The notes: generated by a model not told the origin, from the letters alone. A DNA stretch of 59,585 nucleotides, filler included, from Diploschistes diacapsis (GCA_023645945.1; 5 parts of 5 records of this genome joined end to end with filler, not necessarily neighbours in it); one strand, 5' to 3'; shown: positions 37,519-51,332, counted from the whole stretch's first letter. Program-made: numbers and translations.

Positions 37519-38105
37519 TGTGCTTTGAGGTGTGATATCCTGTGTGGAGCGTTGGTCAATGTGGATTGCTGTATGAGGTTGCTTTTATTGGTTGCTTTGG
37601 AGGAGGAAGAGGAGTTTCTCGTACCAGAGTAGGGAAAAGGCATCGCTGGGTCGCCTAATGTATCTGCAGCGATCGATCTGGGTGGCGTTGCGCCTGGGGA
37701 CTGTGTTGTAAGTCAGTTGAAGGGCCGCTGGTAGCGCCATAGAAAGTGAGGGGGTCATTTGAGCCAAGGCAGCCCTTTTCGACGTCTCTCTTTTGCTACG
37801 CTCATTATCTCATTCACTTTACCTTGGCATGATACGTTACCGCATCTGATCTGCTGACACAGTTTCCTCGTCTTGCTGTTCGGTTTGAGTTTGGGGGTGT
37901 TTCTGTACTACTTTACGCAAGTCGGCGTGCCGCTGTAGGCAAGCCGTAGATAAAAGTCTTCGTGCTCCCCAAGCTAGGTTGAGCCATTTTTCTTTTGCTA
38001 CTTCGTCCCTCAAGCCTGAATATTGAGCTGATCTCTCCGATTTGTGCTGTACGACTCCGGCGCAGCTAGTATAAGCTCACCAATTGGCTTTTTCGCAAGG
38101 CTCTC

Positions 38106-39600
38106 ATGACCCGCACCCTGGGCTCATCCACGTATCTGGTGTTACAGCAGCAGTGAGCGGCCCAGTATACCGCTGCACCACGAACCTGTCTTCGCGAGGC
38201 GTGACCATCGTAGGCATACTCGCTATTCTTCTTGGCGTTCTGTGGCAGATAAGGTTACAAGACGCATGCCTCCATTCTGCTGGATTCTGGCGTACGACGC
38301 AGCCGTTATCAGACTTCCCCTATGCTTGCCGTCAGGTGAACCACGAGAGCTTCCAGGGGTCTGAGGATATGCGGCTGGACGAAAACAGCCGGATCCTGTA
38401 CGCGACCTGCTCCGGGACGATCGGGAGGCAGAACTGGAAGCCGGCGTGCGTAAAACATCCGTGTATCTGCGGCAACGGCCATGGGAGCTTGCTTACGAGA
38501 TCGTTCTAGCATGGGGGATGTTCAACGTGTCTGATAGGAACGCAGGGAGTCACATCTCCATAACTCTGGATTGATAAGCACTATGCGGAGGGCTTTTTTG
38601 AGTGCGTAAGATGCAGCCGTGGGACTACATTAGCCCTCTTGGTGACGAGAGTCTGGACCTTCATGGGTCCGACGTGGAGGTCCTGGATGACGAGACGCTC
38701 AGGTTCTGGCCGATCAATCACCGACCCCCCTGTTGATAGGGCTAACAAGCCCCTTGGAGGCGAGCAAGGTAGGACAGAACTCTACGGTAGAGGTCTTTGA
38801 AGCTGCTACCGGATCTGCAAAGATGAGGCATGTAAAGACAATTTTTGATCCGGCTATACAGAACCCCAACAAGCTCGCCCTTACTGGTGGCGGCAATTTT
38901 CTTGTGTCGAATGACAGAAGTAGCAAAGGTAAAATCTGCTTTCTCTCACCCGTTACTGCATGATAATAAACTGAAAGAACCAGTTGGCCTGGGTACGATG
39001 AAGAATCCGTCCCGAGATTTTCCTGCATTATACTAAATCAACGCAGCGGCGCATGCTAGAATTCGTCTTCGTCGGCGGGAAGCATCGCCGCCTGCCGACA
39101 CAGCAATGAGTGCCACGTGTCCGCATCTCTCGGCTTCATGATGCCCAATGGCCTAGTTTGGGGGGGGTGATGAACTCATTTATGTCCCCTGGCTCCGCCC
39201 AAGACGATCTGGAAGTCATGAAACTGCGCCAGGCCCATTACTCGGGCAAGTCGATCTGATACCACTGGGCATGCCCGTGGGACGATCTTGCCGTCGACAG
39301 CAACAGCGATATCCGGGACACGGGATAACTAAGGCGTTTTAACTTTTGTAAGGGCGCTTGCAGACCCGGGCTGGAATTCGCCGGTTACGACATTCCGCAC
39401 ACGCAGGGGAACTGGAGGGTGAGGGTTATGGGATTAAGAAGGTTGTGGAGGATAGGGATGGGAGCGTGGTATCGGGAGCTACTATCACAATACATGACGT
39501 CAAAACAGGCAGCCTCTGTGTTGGAGAGATGGAGCTTGGTTCGGTCGAAATTCTTAAGTCTGCTGATTGATAATAGGTGCTCTTTCGCCCTTTCTTGTGG
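38106..39600 (+). pseudogene. Paraoxonase/arylesterase-like beta-propeller, frameshifted
   Basis: Fragments in changing frames: GSEDMRLD..RILYATC, LDLHGSDVEVLDDETLRFWPINHRPP, NSTVEVFE..MRHVKTI..PNK, MPNGL, VVEDRDG.VVSGAT. Confidence 0.75.
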
Positions 39601-40547
39601 CTTGTGAGCCGTTGCCGAGGTAAAGAATCTTTGGTTGGAAAAGGAGAAGAGTGTATATTCATCGCCCAGGTTCTGTCTTTCAAGCACAACCCTGTGGTGT
39701 GATTGTTCACTAGTCTACCTCCCTCGGCTTCCAAACATATGTACAGCAGCTTGGTCTATCCGATCAAGTCAAGGATGTTTCTTAACACTCGAGCGTTTCA
39801 TGCCGAAAGCGCTTATCAAGCCTAGCGAAGCCGTAGCTGACGACATAAGAAAAAACGCGCGTTATTACAGTATTATATGCCTGAACGGCGACCTCTTCGA
39901 GTCCCGGTGGCACTGCAATCGAAAAGAAGTTGCTGCAGCAGCAATGAATTCTATCCACGTCGCTCTGAGCTAATCTTTTCCCCAAAAAAATTGCCCTCTC
40001 CGATGCTTACTCCCAGAGCAGCCCCCTCCGAAGTTTGCTCAGGAAAACCAGTCCGTTCCCGACGGCTACATGTTCTTCTGAAATCGTCGCCTGGATCGCT
40101 ATCATCGTAAATTGCAATGTCAAGCCGAAGCCTGCACCCGACAATACTTCGAGTCCAGCCCACATTGCAGCTGAGCTACTGGGGCTGCAGAAAATACTTT
40201 ACAGGCCGGCCCCATCGCGAAAAGCGCTGCTCCAAACACCCCCTGAATGGTAATAAAGTACCCACGAAGGGCGCCAGGATTCCCCACAGCAAATCCCATG
40301 ACGATATAAGAACCTAGATATGGCAGCATGTACGAGCATGATTGTTCTGCGTTAACTATCCGTCCGCTCTGAAATTGAATGAAGAAAAGAAGTTTGTGCA
40401 TTGAAGCCAAGAGCGATAAGGCAGGTAGAGATACAGCTAGACAACACAGTCCTTTGAGAGATAAGTCGAGTAGGGAGTGTCGCTCTAAGAAAAGATCAGT
40501 ACGGACCACTATCAATAAGGTTTCAAAGGACAATCCATTTGCAACCC

Positions 40548-40838
40548 TTACCTATCTTTGAGCCATATCTGAAGGATTACGAAAAACCATTGTAAGCACA
40601 GACCCCTATATCCATCCCCAGACCCGAATATCTGACCGGGAAAAGGTCGAGCCTCCTTTCTTGAAGGGCCGTTAAAAGGCAAGTCAGACTGAAAAATAAA
40701 GAATATTGCACCTGGAAGGTCGAGGTCATCCGTCTTGGCACGTAAGGCTAGCTGTGACGATGCACGTGGCAGATTATAGAAAAAGAAGATGCCAACAATG
40801 ATCAGGAGACGGCTAATCGCTAGAAGCTTTGGCTTCAA
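40548..40838 (-). pseudogene. MFS drug-efflux (DHA2-like) transporter fragment
   Basis: Short hydrophobic fragment IVGIFFFYNLP...LRAK..DLDLPGAIFF; no full-length ORF. Confidence 0.45.
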
Positions 40839-41840
40839 CTTCTATACAAGAGGGACTCGTGACTTGGTTTGAAGAATTGTGAGCGGTGCACATTCTCTTC
40901 AAGAGCAGTTGGTTGATGAGCCTCATCAGGCCAGTCAGTGTCCATGGCAAAACGTGGAAGGCTCCCGACCAAGTGATGATTCGAAATAGCTTGAGTTATT
41001 GAGAGAAGAGTCGACGCTGACTGGGCCCATTTCTGGGCCACCGTCCTTGCCTATCGAATCATCAAGAGAAACTGGTAGAGAGCGTGACTAGTAGTGAATA
41101 CAAACTAGCTATCGCTTTGCAAGGGATCGGGAGCCGGCCGTCGTTTGCATTGATCAAAAGAGGCTCTAGATCATGAAAGGAGCGGAGCCAAAACGGGCTC
41201 CGCCGAGGGAGGAACCAGAAACAAACCCCAACGATAAAGACGCCAAACCTAGCGCTAGACACGCAGCTACGTCTCGTACACCGGCCCGGCACTGCTCTCT
41301 GTATTCGTGCATTGGACCAGATCTGGTGGACGCTGACTGGCAACCGCCCTTGCACGTTGAATTATCAAGAGGAACTGGTAGGGTCCCAATTCGTAGTAAT
41401 CACGTGCAGATACTATGAGGTAGTAAGCAGGGGGGACCAATTCATTCAGCATGCCCGGGCATGCTGCAACGCGGAGCTGGCGAGCTTCATAGGTGAGTCT
41501 TTTGGCAGCGCTTCACTGTCGCGGGCAAACTCGCATGCCCAGGCCGGTCAGTTCGCCAGCCAGGGCGACCGTTGTTGTATTAGCCTGCGTAACCACTTGG
41601 CGTTCCTGCGATCGTTCATCTTGACAGCTTCCAGCTGCAGTATCAAGCCTTCTTCTCATTAGAGGTTGACTTTTCTATGGACCTGTCCGAGCTGATTTGC
41701 TGTAAATTATCACGGCTTGACCGACTTTGTGGCTCCTGCCGTAAGACTTGTTTTTTAAATTGCTGCGAGAGCCCGGATGGCTCCGATGGTTGCAGCTTAG
41801 ATTTCCGAAAGAGGTCGTAGTCAGAGTCGCCAGCATTAAG

Positions 41841-43501
41841 TCACTTCCGTCGAGACCGGGGCGATCGCCTCGGTTGCTTATTGGAACGCTTGACAGGGGT
41901 TCTCTGCTCCAGCGAGAGCTTAGTTGAGGATGTCTCAGGCTCGTGGTGAGTAGTTATGTTGGAATCTTTCGTCTGTGGAATTCGAGATTCTTGACTGAGC
42001 GCCTCGACCGTAGAGATCCCATCCAGTGTTGCTTCACTTACGAAGCTGGAGGTAGGTATGATACCTGCATCGATAGCGAGCGTCCCAACATGATGTTCAT
42101 CTATTCTCTCGTTTGCCCGCCTGATCGCCTCATCCCTCTGCTCCTTTGCCCAGTCCCGACCATTTCGATAGTATGTAGTACCTTTGAGGAAGGTTTCGAA
42201 GTCACTTGTCATAGACCATCCTTTGACTTGATGCATGAAATATTCAGGCCGGTCCCTAGAGCTAGCTGGCTGAGTAAGGTGGCTGGTATACATCTTGAGG
42301 GTACCGTCGTGGTAAGTGACCGAAATAGTGTAAGTATTGTTGTCGTGAGATGGATCCTCTTGTCCGTATGACTGTAAACTGTGTATGCCTCTCGCTCCTA
42401 ACGCGCCATCGTAGCAAGCTTGTCGTTTCGCTACAGCTGCCGATCCATCCGGTCCTTTTGCTGCTACGAAGAAGTTCGGCGCTAGGGGAAGATCGTCTTG
42501 TGTTGATGGGATGATATGACCGCTAAGCTTATCACGCACCCGCCGATCAAGCTGTTCGGGACGCGCGCCGTAATATATATCTGGATTGCCAGGTACAAGC
42601 GTGCCATCCGTAAGATGATCGAGGTTTGTGAATGGGATCCCTCCCGAACAGCACTTAGCGTCCCCGATATCCCCTTCAATGATTGGAATTACCGATGTTG
42701 TTACTTGCTTTTCCTTCATTGCATCTGCATCTGCTTGTACAAATTCCGCATGTCTTTCTTCCGAGAATTTGGATGGCGAAAGAGAAGGTCGCGGTTGTGA
42801 GAGCCGTCGATTAATCTCTTCCCAGTTATTTGGCTTCGCTGGTATCCGACCATCTGGGTGCCTATACGCATGTGGAAAGACGCTACCATCAACGAGATTC
42901 TGTTGAAAATTTCGATTATACGGACCAGTGCTTTTGGAGGTGTTCGTGAAGGGTCTATTATTCGAAGCTGATCTCGATTTTTGTTTCGAAACGCGGAAAT
43001 TAGTTCGTGAGCTCATCGCTGGGTTTAAAGGATTTGAAGATTCTGGAAACTAGAAATTGGTCAGCATTGAGCATAGCGACTATATCATCCACGTACACCT
43101 CGAAGGTCCGATAGATCTAGACCGCCGTGTCTCGTAGTCTGCTTTATATCCTTCAAGTCCTTCGCTCCACAATCGTGAATATACTCAACGGCTGGTATAA
43201 GAGGCCGGCAGCTCTTCTTCAGCTCAGCGAGCACACGTCGAGTAACCGGTCGGTGCGGTCGTGAGTAGGCCGGACGGGAATTTGGGGTTGCTTGAGTGTT
43301 CCTCCGATCTAACTCTTCCAAAGCGCGTTTGGTCAAGTCAATCTTGGACAGGTTGTCCCAGAAAGCTGGTGGAATTTGACTTCCGTCGGGATGACCGTGC
43401 TTTTGTCTCTTGGAGGCGTATTGTAGAGTTCCGTTGTGTTGAGGCGTAAGCCGCTCTGAGTTTCGGCGTTTGCGCGGGTTGGGGAGTTGCGCCTCGGGCA
43501 T
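41841..43501 (-). CDS. Fungal protein with PD-(D/E)XK-like core (DUF7924-like)
   Basis: Exon 1 MPEAQLP...PPAFWDNLSKIDLTKRALEELDRRN...DLSDLRG; intron GTACGT..TTCTAG (~43097-43050). Exon 2 has GNPDIYYGARPEQL and PNFFVAAKGPDGSAAVAKRQACYDGALGARG. Confidence 0.7.
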
Positions 43502-44097
43502 ATGGCATTCAGGTGTCGCGACGTTCTGCGAGTGAATCAAGTAAGAAGGGAGCCGGCGCCTTTATCCTACACTTCTAGCCCAAGTGTCCAGGAATGTTAG
43601 AGTCGGAGCTATTTGGTAGGCGCCGAGCCTATCCTTGTCGGTCTCGGCAGCCAGCGGTTCGTGCAACGGCCGAAATGTCGGGGTGCGAGCCATTGGAAGG
43701 TCCTGTATCGCGATCGACGGCCATTTCAATCTAGGTCAACTACTTCACGAGCCCAGGTTTCGCCCAAAAGTTGCTTTAGTGTGACTTCTTACATAGCTTA
43801 CAATGACGCAGGGCCGCGTCTACTCACTCGACTTCAGGCAACCAACGTGAATAATCATGTCAATGAAACGGAATCACAGAAACATACATACATAGGCTCC
43901 CAGCTAAGAAGGCATCTCACCGTGTCCTCGAGAGGTACCTGTCTCTAACTCCTTAGGACTTCATAAAGCCGTTTTCGGAGATGTCAAGGGTGGACTTCAG
44001 AGCCAAGGGTACACTATTAATCAAGCGGTTGCAGCAGACTGAGTGCGCCACCGATCAGATGAAGACTCCCAGTTACAAGAGTTTCCATTCGGCCGTG

Positions 44098-45020
44098 TTA
44101 TTCACCGATTCTCTTCGCATAGTTCAATGCTCCCGCAATCGTATCTTCGCGTGCAATGACGGCTTCGGGATCTGTTCTTGTCCAAGCATTGGTATATAGT
44201 GCCGGAAGATCTGGGAATGGCGTCTCGGGTGTCTTCAATGTCTTGTCTAGTCCGGAGTCAGATAAAGTCCAAAAGGAACAATGGCCTACACTTAGGACTC
44301 CCGATTCATGCTGTTCCATCCTGCCTTTCTTGATAGGTCGTGGAAATGAGGTACTGCGGTCGCACGTTATTTTCTATCAAAGACTTTGCTAGAGTCTCGA
44401 GTAAAGCTACACCGTCTCTTTCCTCGGAGAAATGGGTATAAATAAGAATGCATGGAAGCCGAACACCGTTCACACTGATTCGTCAGTTATGCAGGACGTG
44501 AAGAAAGGTATGTCCGCATACCGTTCTGTTACAGCAGTCTTCTGCGAAAACCACTCAGCGGCTTGTTTGACACTTAACTCTGTTGTGCGCCCCATCGAGA
44601 AACCATTTATTGTATCCATCCACTATAGCTTCGAATCTTCCTTGCCAAGAGAACTTCTCAATACCTGGAATGACATCGTCCGGAGTTATATGATGCTTCT
44701 CCGAAAGTGCTTTACGTTCGAGAAACGTGTGCGCGAGAGCAAGGGCTAAAGAGCAATTACTGGGAAGTGAAGGGTCGATGTCAACCGTTCCTGCTTTGGA
44801 TATTCCTGATTTGTGCCAGGCAACATTCTGAATGGTGGGCCCAAGCTGAGCGATATGATCTAGTCCAACAGACGTGATTCCGGTGACAACTGGCTTCTGA
44901 ATCACATTTGTAGGTCATACTCTCCGCCATGATGCGTCTCGAATATTACCGCCTGCGTCCCTTCCCTGATGAATGTGTGGATCGCTAACACGGCCAAAAA
45001 TTGGAGAAACCGAGGCATTT
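44098..45020 (-). pseudogene. Folylpolyglutamate synthase paralog, C-terminal part, frameshifted
   Basis: HTFIREG...ETHHGGEYD, KPVVTGITSVGLDHIAQLG..VAWHKSGI, WQGRFE..WFLDGAHN across several frames; the N-terminal P-loop is absent. Confidence 0.8.
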
Positions 45021-45099
45021 TCTCCTTCCCACCTGCGATATGTTGTTACTGGTCGTTGATCTGGATTCTTTCGCGAATAGACCTCAAATCCGGCCAAGT

Positions 45100-45640
45100 A
45101 TACATTCCGACATTCTGGGGGAATCGAGCTACGGCTGCCGATCCTATTGCCCTTACCATACTCATTGCACCAAACTGAGATCGCAGCTTCAAATCTCTGT
45201 TTATATGCTCTGGGGCCGTTGCAACAGCACTTATCAGACTTTCTGTACTTCATCTTTATATTGTGATCTTCCGATCTGCCAACTTCCGCAGGGTATATTT
45301 ACGTTGTCATGGGCCGCGTTATTGTGTTGGGCCTAGCCGGAGTGCCTGGGGTGTTCCTAGGGTGCCATCTTTTTGCTTACAGTTGGGACCCATATATTTC
45401 CGGTACCATCTGCTTTAACCAATTGACTGGATTCTTGATCAGTGCTGTCCTCAACATGGCCTTGGATATCATGGTGGTAGCGAGCCCAGCGAGGACCGTT
45501 TGGCGCCTACAAACGAATCGCAACCGAAAGATTGCTGTGAATGTGGCCTTCAGCTTCGGAACTATGTTAGTGAACTTTAGTTCCCCTTCTATATATTTTT
45601 CCTGCTCCTGACTATTCGAGTGTACAGTGGTAGCTCGCGA
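45100..45640 (+). pseudogene. Pth11-like (fungal rhodopsin-domain) membrane protein fragment
   Basis: LIRLSVLHLYIVIF and LISAVLNMALDIMVVASPARTVWRLQTNRNRKIAV..AFSFG. Confidence 0.7.
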
Positions 45641-46153
45641 GATCTCCTGAAAACAAGCTAGCCATGAGAGCCCAGGTCATGTGCTTCTTGACTTAACCCG
45701 TCGAGACACTATCAACAAAGCTTCAGCGTACGCTGGCGATCAAAGTACTTGTGCGAAGCAACAAGATGAAGATGGATCTATAATGGCTACTACAGAATAC
45801 TCTGTCCATTCGCCCTTCAAAAACAACAACTTCTAAATCGCGCTACAGGAAGGAAACTAGCCACATCAAAAGCCTTAGGGAGCAGCTTAATGTGTTAGCA
45901 GATTCCCATTTATCGACTCTGGCATATGATACGAACAGTAATCAATGAAAATCTTTCAGTTATACCCGAGTTTTTTCGGGGCATTGCTGAAGTACGTAGC
46001 ACCATGAAAGTCGTGGCATAGCTGTCAGTCCAACGCCGATCATGGTCCAAGATGCTGCGACACCATAGATCATTAAAAGGCTGGAGCTCGCAGGATGCTC
46101 TGGGGCGTAAGTTGTTCGATATTGTATCTTGAAACCAAACGTCTCTGGCCCAC

Positions 46154-46940
46154 ATGCCTCCCTTTTCTTCTTTCCTGAACAAGGCGTTTGAGATTCCCAA
46201 ACTTGCTACTACCATATCACTGTATCTTCAAGCTCACGACAATGCTGAACCCCAGCTACGAGGAACAACATATCGTGCTCCCGAGACTCTCGAGTTCGAC
46301 AAGCCAGTGGACCAGCTCAATCAGGCCGCACAGGATCTCCTGCGACTTGCCAAGGGGGCCGAAGCGTACTCTAACGGACGTGATGCTATCCCACTATGAC
46401 CTCGCAGCATACCAAGTGGCGCTGGAGGTTAATTTCTTTGGAGCGGTTCCGCTCGAGCCGGCTGATGTGATGGTTCAATATCTCTTCCTACATTGGCGTC
46501 TTGGGTCGGGCTGGACGGTGATAGAACCGGCCGCGTGATGCGTCTTTCAGCCTTTCAAAATGTCGTCGAAGAGTGCTGAATCGACTCTTTCTACCATACG
46601 GCCTGCCTCGGGACTATTGAGCACTGATCAGAATATTAAAAGCGGCTGCTTTGATGGAGGAAGTTCTTCCCCCCGGGCATTGCCTAGACTTGCAATGCCC
46701 GCCATCTCTTCCTACACCTCCCCAGCTTCGATCGTGTGTGTATCTACGACGACGGCATAACTACTGTACTCCGAAGCTAAAGCTGAGCAGAATGGACGAA
46801 ATGTTTCGAGCGGCGTCGGAGGCATCGTCCTCCTTCGGAAAGGCTCTTTTTGAGTCGGATGGCATCAACTGCGCATTCCATGCCCGGATTTCGAAATCCC
46901 GCTTTGCGAGTACTGTCGGCAAAATCCTGCAAAAGCCGTG
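46154..46940 (+). pseudogene. O-methyltransferase N-terminal half, frameshifted
   Basis: QLNQAAQDLLRLAKG, YDLAAYQVALEVNFFGAVP, GLDGDRTGRVMR, DEMFRAASE; no SAM-binding motif downstream. Confidence 0.7.
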
Positions 46941-47589
46941 AGATTCTCGCAGGCAACGTCAGACATCAACCGAGGTAAGGGTATTTTGGGAGTCATGGGC
47001 CTCTTCAACCACTTCCCTCCAACATTTGCAACAGCGAGCCCCATGTCGGTGAGGCCGTTGCTAACATTCAAGTCGGAACGGCGGGAGGAGTCAAAGACAG
47101 AAAACGGTTGTGATCATCCAACTTATCACACTAGCCAACGCAAGAAAAGCTGGGCTTTGATGCGCGTAATCCCTTCGCAAAAGTGCTAGCTTAACTTGCC
47201 CGTGAATTGGGACGCATAGAAGTAAACGAAAGATTCAAGTTACATATAACCGGGGGGGGAAACCCCCAGATGTCGTTACCCTGAGACTCCACGCGTGAGC
47301 TGTTGCCATCATGCCAGTGGATATGGGCTGTAGGAAGGAGAAGCAATGTGCCTAGCCGTGATGTTGTGCAAGAAGGGTTATTGGTTCCCCGACGATGAGG
47401 TTGGCCACAGCCTCATAAGTCTGTTTGTCGAGGCAGATGGTTGTATTAAGCCAAGTCCCATCTAGGGATAGGTTAGTGGTGGAAAGACATAGAAAAGAAA
47501 AGTAAAGGGGAGAGGTCGATGTTATAAAACTAGCCTTGTTGGGAGTGTGGGCATGGGCCAGCAACGAGAAGGTGTCTAATACAACAAGG

Positions 47590-48776
47590 AACCGTTAAGG
47601 ACCTAGCTTGGAATACCTTTCTGTGTTCAGAGGACCTCCATTAGCCATGCAGAACTAGCAAACATTTGGGTAGCGTCTGACACAGCTGGGATGTCATAAA
47701 AGGGCTAAAGCACGCCGGTCTCGCGACTGGGCTTTGAATATATAAAGGTTACAATCAATACGTTTACCGTAGTAGCCATATCTGTGGTAATTGCTGGATT
47801 AGTATCATTTTGGCCGGTTGCTTGGCAGGTTGCGAAAGCAGACATAAGCTTATCAACCTGGGTATTGTCGTATATGACAGCACCGTCCCATACTTGCCCA
47901 ACAGGGTAAGTTTCCATAACCATATAAGTCACGCTGCCTATTAGTTCAAGTCAATTAGCCCAGTCAACTCAGGGTTCAGCAATGCAAACACGTTTACCAA
48001 AATTATTGCTTCCGCCTTTCAGTGCCCAGTATAGGTCAGAATTTGAGGTTAGACTTGCATTAACGACGCTTGCGTCTGCAAGTACGACTTCGAAGCTATG
48101 TACGTGATCTCCAGAAAATCCATAGGAATTCGACAAATGTGAGAGTCCTCCGCGTAACGTAAGTGCCTGACCAACATCTGATACTCTTCGACCAACAACA
48201 GGCCGCTCAAATTACTCAACATACGTATAGGCACCGAGCCACGAGGCCGCAAATCCAGCACGTATGGTCTCGGTAGTAGCATCATGGGAAATGTCCGTAG
48301 CATCACTAGTTGAAAGAAGAACCCCGTCGTTGATGCTAGCCCAATTGATCAAGGGAGAGTGACCGCCGCTGCGAATTGCATATTTGAATCCTGTGTATCC
48401 GAGAACTTTAACTGCAATAACGACGTCGTTGGTTTTGGAAGCGTTGAAAATGCAAGTAGGATACTTCCAAGCAGTAGCTAACCTAGATACCACACTGTCA
48501 GAATCAAGTTCGACTTATTCCGTAATTATGGCTTACTTACCAATGGGCTTCGCGCTCTATATTATACGCGACACTACTGTTAGACCCCAAAAACGTGTCT
48601 CTGCTGTTGTATTCATCGAGGATTGCGCAAGCAAGCCGCGTTCCGTTTGGGTTCCAAGCAGTCGAGGAAATCGACGAACTCAATGACTCCAAGAATGTAT
48701 CGAAGGAGGATGAACATTGGCCCTGGTCCAAAAAAAAACCTGCATTTAGCAGTAGGAATTCGCAAATGAATCCCAT
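47590..48776 (-). pseudogene. FAD-linked oxidoreductase (BBE/VAO family), secreted-type, decayed
   Basis: PTCIF...DVVIAVKVL..KYAIRSGGHSP...INDGVL and NSDLYWALKGGSNNFG; stops and frameshifts. Confidence 0.8.
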
Positions 48777-49489
48777 GATGGCTCATGCAAAATTAGATTG
48801 TGTTGCGGTGGGGAATTTTCGAGAAACTTCTCGTTGTGATAGACACCAGGTGGAAGAAAAACATGATGAGCAAGGGACGTCTTTAAGCAGGTAAAGATTA
48901 CCCAATTAGGAACAAAAAGGGAAGATTGCCTACATATCTGATGGAAATCGGCCGAAATTCATCGGCTACGACGCCACTGAATATGTCTGAGAAAATATTA
49001 TTGGCTGAACAGACTACAGCGGATGGTTTCAACCACATCGACGTGGATATAGTTGAAAATAGCAAAGTGGGAAGTTATGAAGTACTTCAAATTCAGGAAC
49101 GTCACGGGTTCAAGCCGTGCATACAGATGCCCGTGGGATGGTGATCGATGCTGAAGGCTACAATCCCATTTTTCATGACCTGGTCGTGGGCAAGACAGTA
49201 ACATGTCTTGCTTTATTGTTCATTGCTATCTGGATATCGTGCGCGACTTGAAACGTATACTTTCATCCTCTGGCCAGGTTCCCAGGGAGTTTGGTAGCTG
49301 CGCTGTCAATCGAATAGTAAGCTACTGCCTGAGTTCTGGTTTTGAGTAGCGGCATCTTACGGCTGAATTGGATATAAAGGTATGAATGGTATTGGAATGC
49401 CTATGAAACTTGTCAGGTTCTGTTCGAGATTCAAAGACAGCATTAAAAATGGGATACCTCAAAACTATCCTTCCGATATCAGAAGCGAG

Positions 49490-50790
49490 CTAATTAACAG
49501 TAGGGATTATTACCGCGCACCATGTTCGCCATGACCCGATAATGGAGCATCGAATTCGCAAGCAAGGAATTGCACTGGCATTCTCGGGTGAAAAATCCAT
49601 GAAATAGCAGTTTTAATCGAACAGGACTTGAGCAACGTTCTTATCTCGTTGTTGAATGAGGCAAAAAATGCAAGACTGGCCAATGCACATGCTCTCTTCA
49701 AAGCATATGCAATCGACGTTATCTTAGAGGTCGTCCTTGTGCATCCTTTTGGTGCGCTTGATAGCCCCGGCTTTTCGTCATCATCGACTCAATGTCATGA
49801 GGAAGTGTATGGAAGGTATGTGGATTCCTAAATTTATCCACTATGATCTAGTGTATTGATGAAGTTGACAAGTTGGCTTGCTAGAATGTTTCTGCCCGCT
49901 GCGATGATCGAGATAGCTACAGTGAGCAACCTGTAATCCTCCTTGCATGGAGTAAGGAAGTCACTAAGGCTTACCTAGGAGACTGCAGAATTTGGTCTTA
50001 ATTATCTCCAAAAGCGGAAATTTTGGATTTCTTGTGATGAAAAGATGATAGTATAAACTCCGAACTACCACAGGAGCTTACGCAGGATTCGAGAGGAAAG
50101 TCGCTCGTCAGCGAGCGTCTCTTGGATCCTTATCCGCAAAAGGCTATAATGTTGTGGACCAGCGGACGCTACAGGAAGAAGTTCTCGCCTTGCTTGAAGC
50201 TGGAAACGATACCGCAAGCAATGCCTTGATTCTAGGAACCCATCTTGTTTGCAAACACTCCGCCGCTCAGGCTAGACTTGGAGCATAATTGAAAGCGGCA
50301 TTTCCTACCCCTGCTGACCATATCACCTATGCAACGGCTAAGCATCTTCCCTATCTGGTGAGGTTTCCCTTGATGGTCCCTCTCGCGTTAGATGGTAGTT
50401 GATGTGTATATAATCTGCAGGTTTGAAGGAAGTTCTCAGGTTGACTTCGCCATTCCCTGGACGAATCCCTCGCGTTGCTCCACCACAGGGATACATATGG
50501 CGTGGGCAGCCTCTTCCAGCCGACGTACGTAAGATCGAACCTCTTAGCTTCTCTTTATCGGTACCTAATGCTGAAACTATACTTGTAAAGGCCGTTCTGC
50601 ATACTTCAGCCTATCTTCTCAACCGACATCCTGCCGTATGGATCATTAGCGTACCATGTCTGAGATTGATAAGCCTAGCATGGTGTGAGATGGCTGTTGC
50701 TTTCGCGGTGCTGTTTCGCGCATTCCAAATCAAGATCCATGGGACCGCTGACGCAGACATGGAGTAGATGGAATTTGGGTCCATGCTGTA
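49490..50790 (+). pseudogene. Cytochrome P450, decayed
   Basis: LEAGNDTASNAL (I-helix), HLPYL, KEVLRL (ExxR), PGRIPRVAP, LAWCEM. The heme-binding FxxGxxxCxG region is deleted or degenerate. Confidence 0.8.
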
Positions 50791-51332
50791 AGTGATATCA
50801 CTGGCCGAGTATGAGCGTGTATCGCTGAATCAAGCCCTCTTGATCTGGCGAGCATCTTGGCTTATCACATCTACAGTGGAAGCTAACTGAATAATAACTC
50901 GTAACAGGTTCAAAGGCGGGAAGCTACACCTTATGCTTAAGGTCGACAGTGGTGAAGTAACAAGACTGCAAGGCTTAGAAGACTGTATCTTCGGCACAGA
51001 AAGAGATAACAGGGAACTGGCATGAGCTCCCAATGCAGTCATTTATTGAACATTCAATTAGTCACTACTGTCTAAATTACATCTGAAATTGGAAATTTTT
51101 AAGTAGCATTTGAAGATAAATACTAGGGGTTTGAGGTGCCAGTGAGCAGCTTAGAAACAATACCTTTTCTCCTTTCAGAAGTCATACGGTAATTCTCGAA
51201 GAGGGCAGAAACGTTAAGGTTATACTCCTGCCAAATCCTCCTATTGGAGCAAAGATACTTGAACACCCGAATCTAGTTTTCTTTCATCTCTACGGGTTAC
51301 TTGCAATCCCATCATCGAACCCAAACTCCCTC

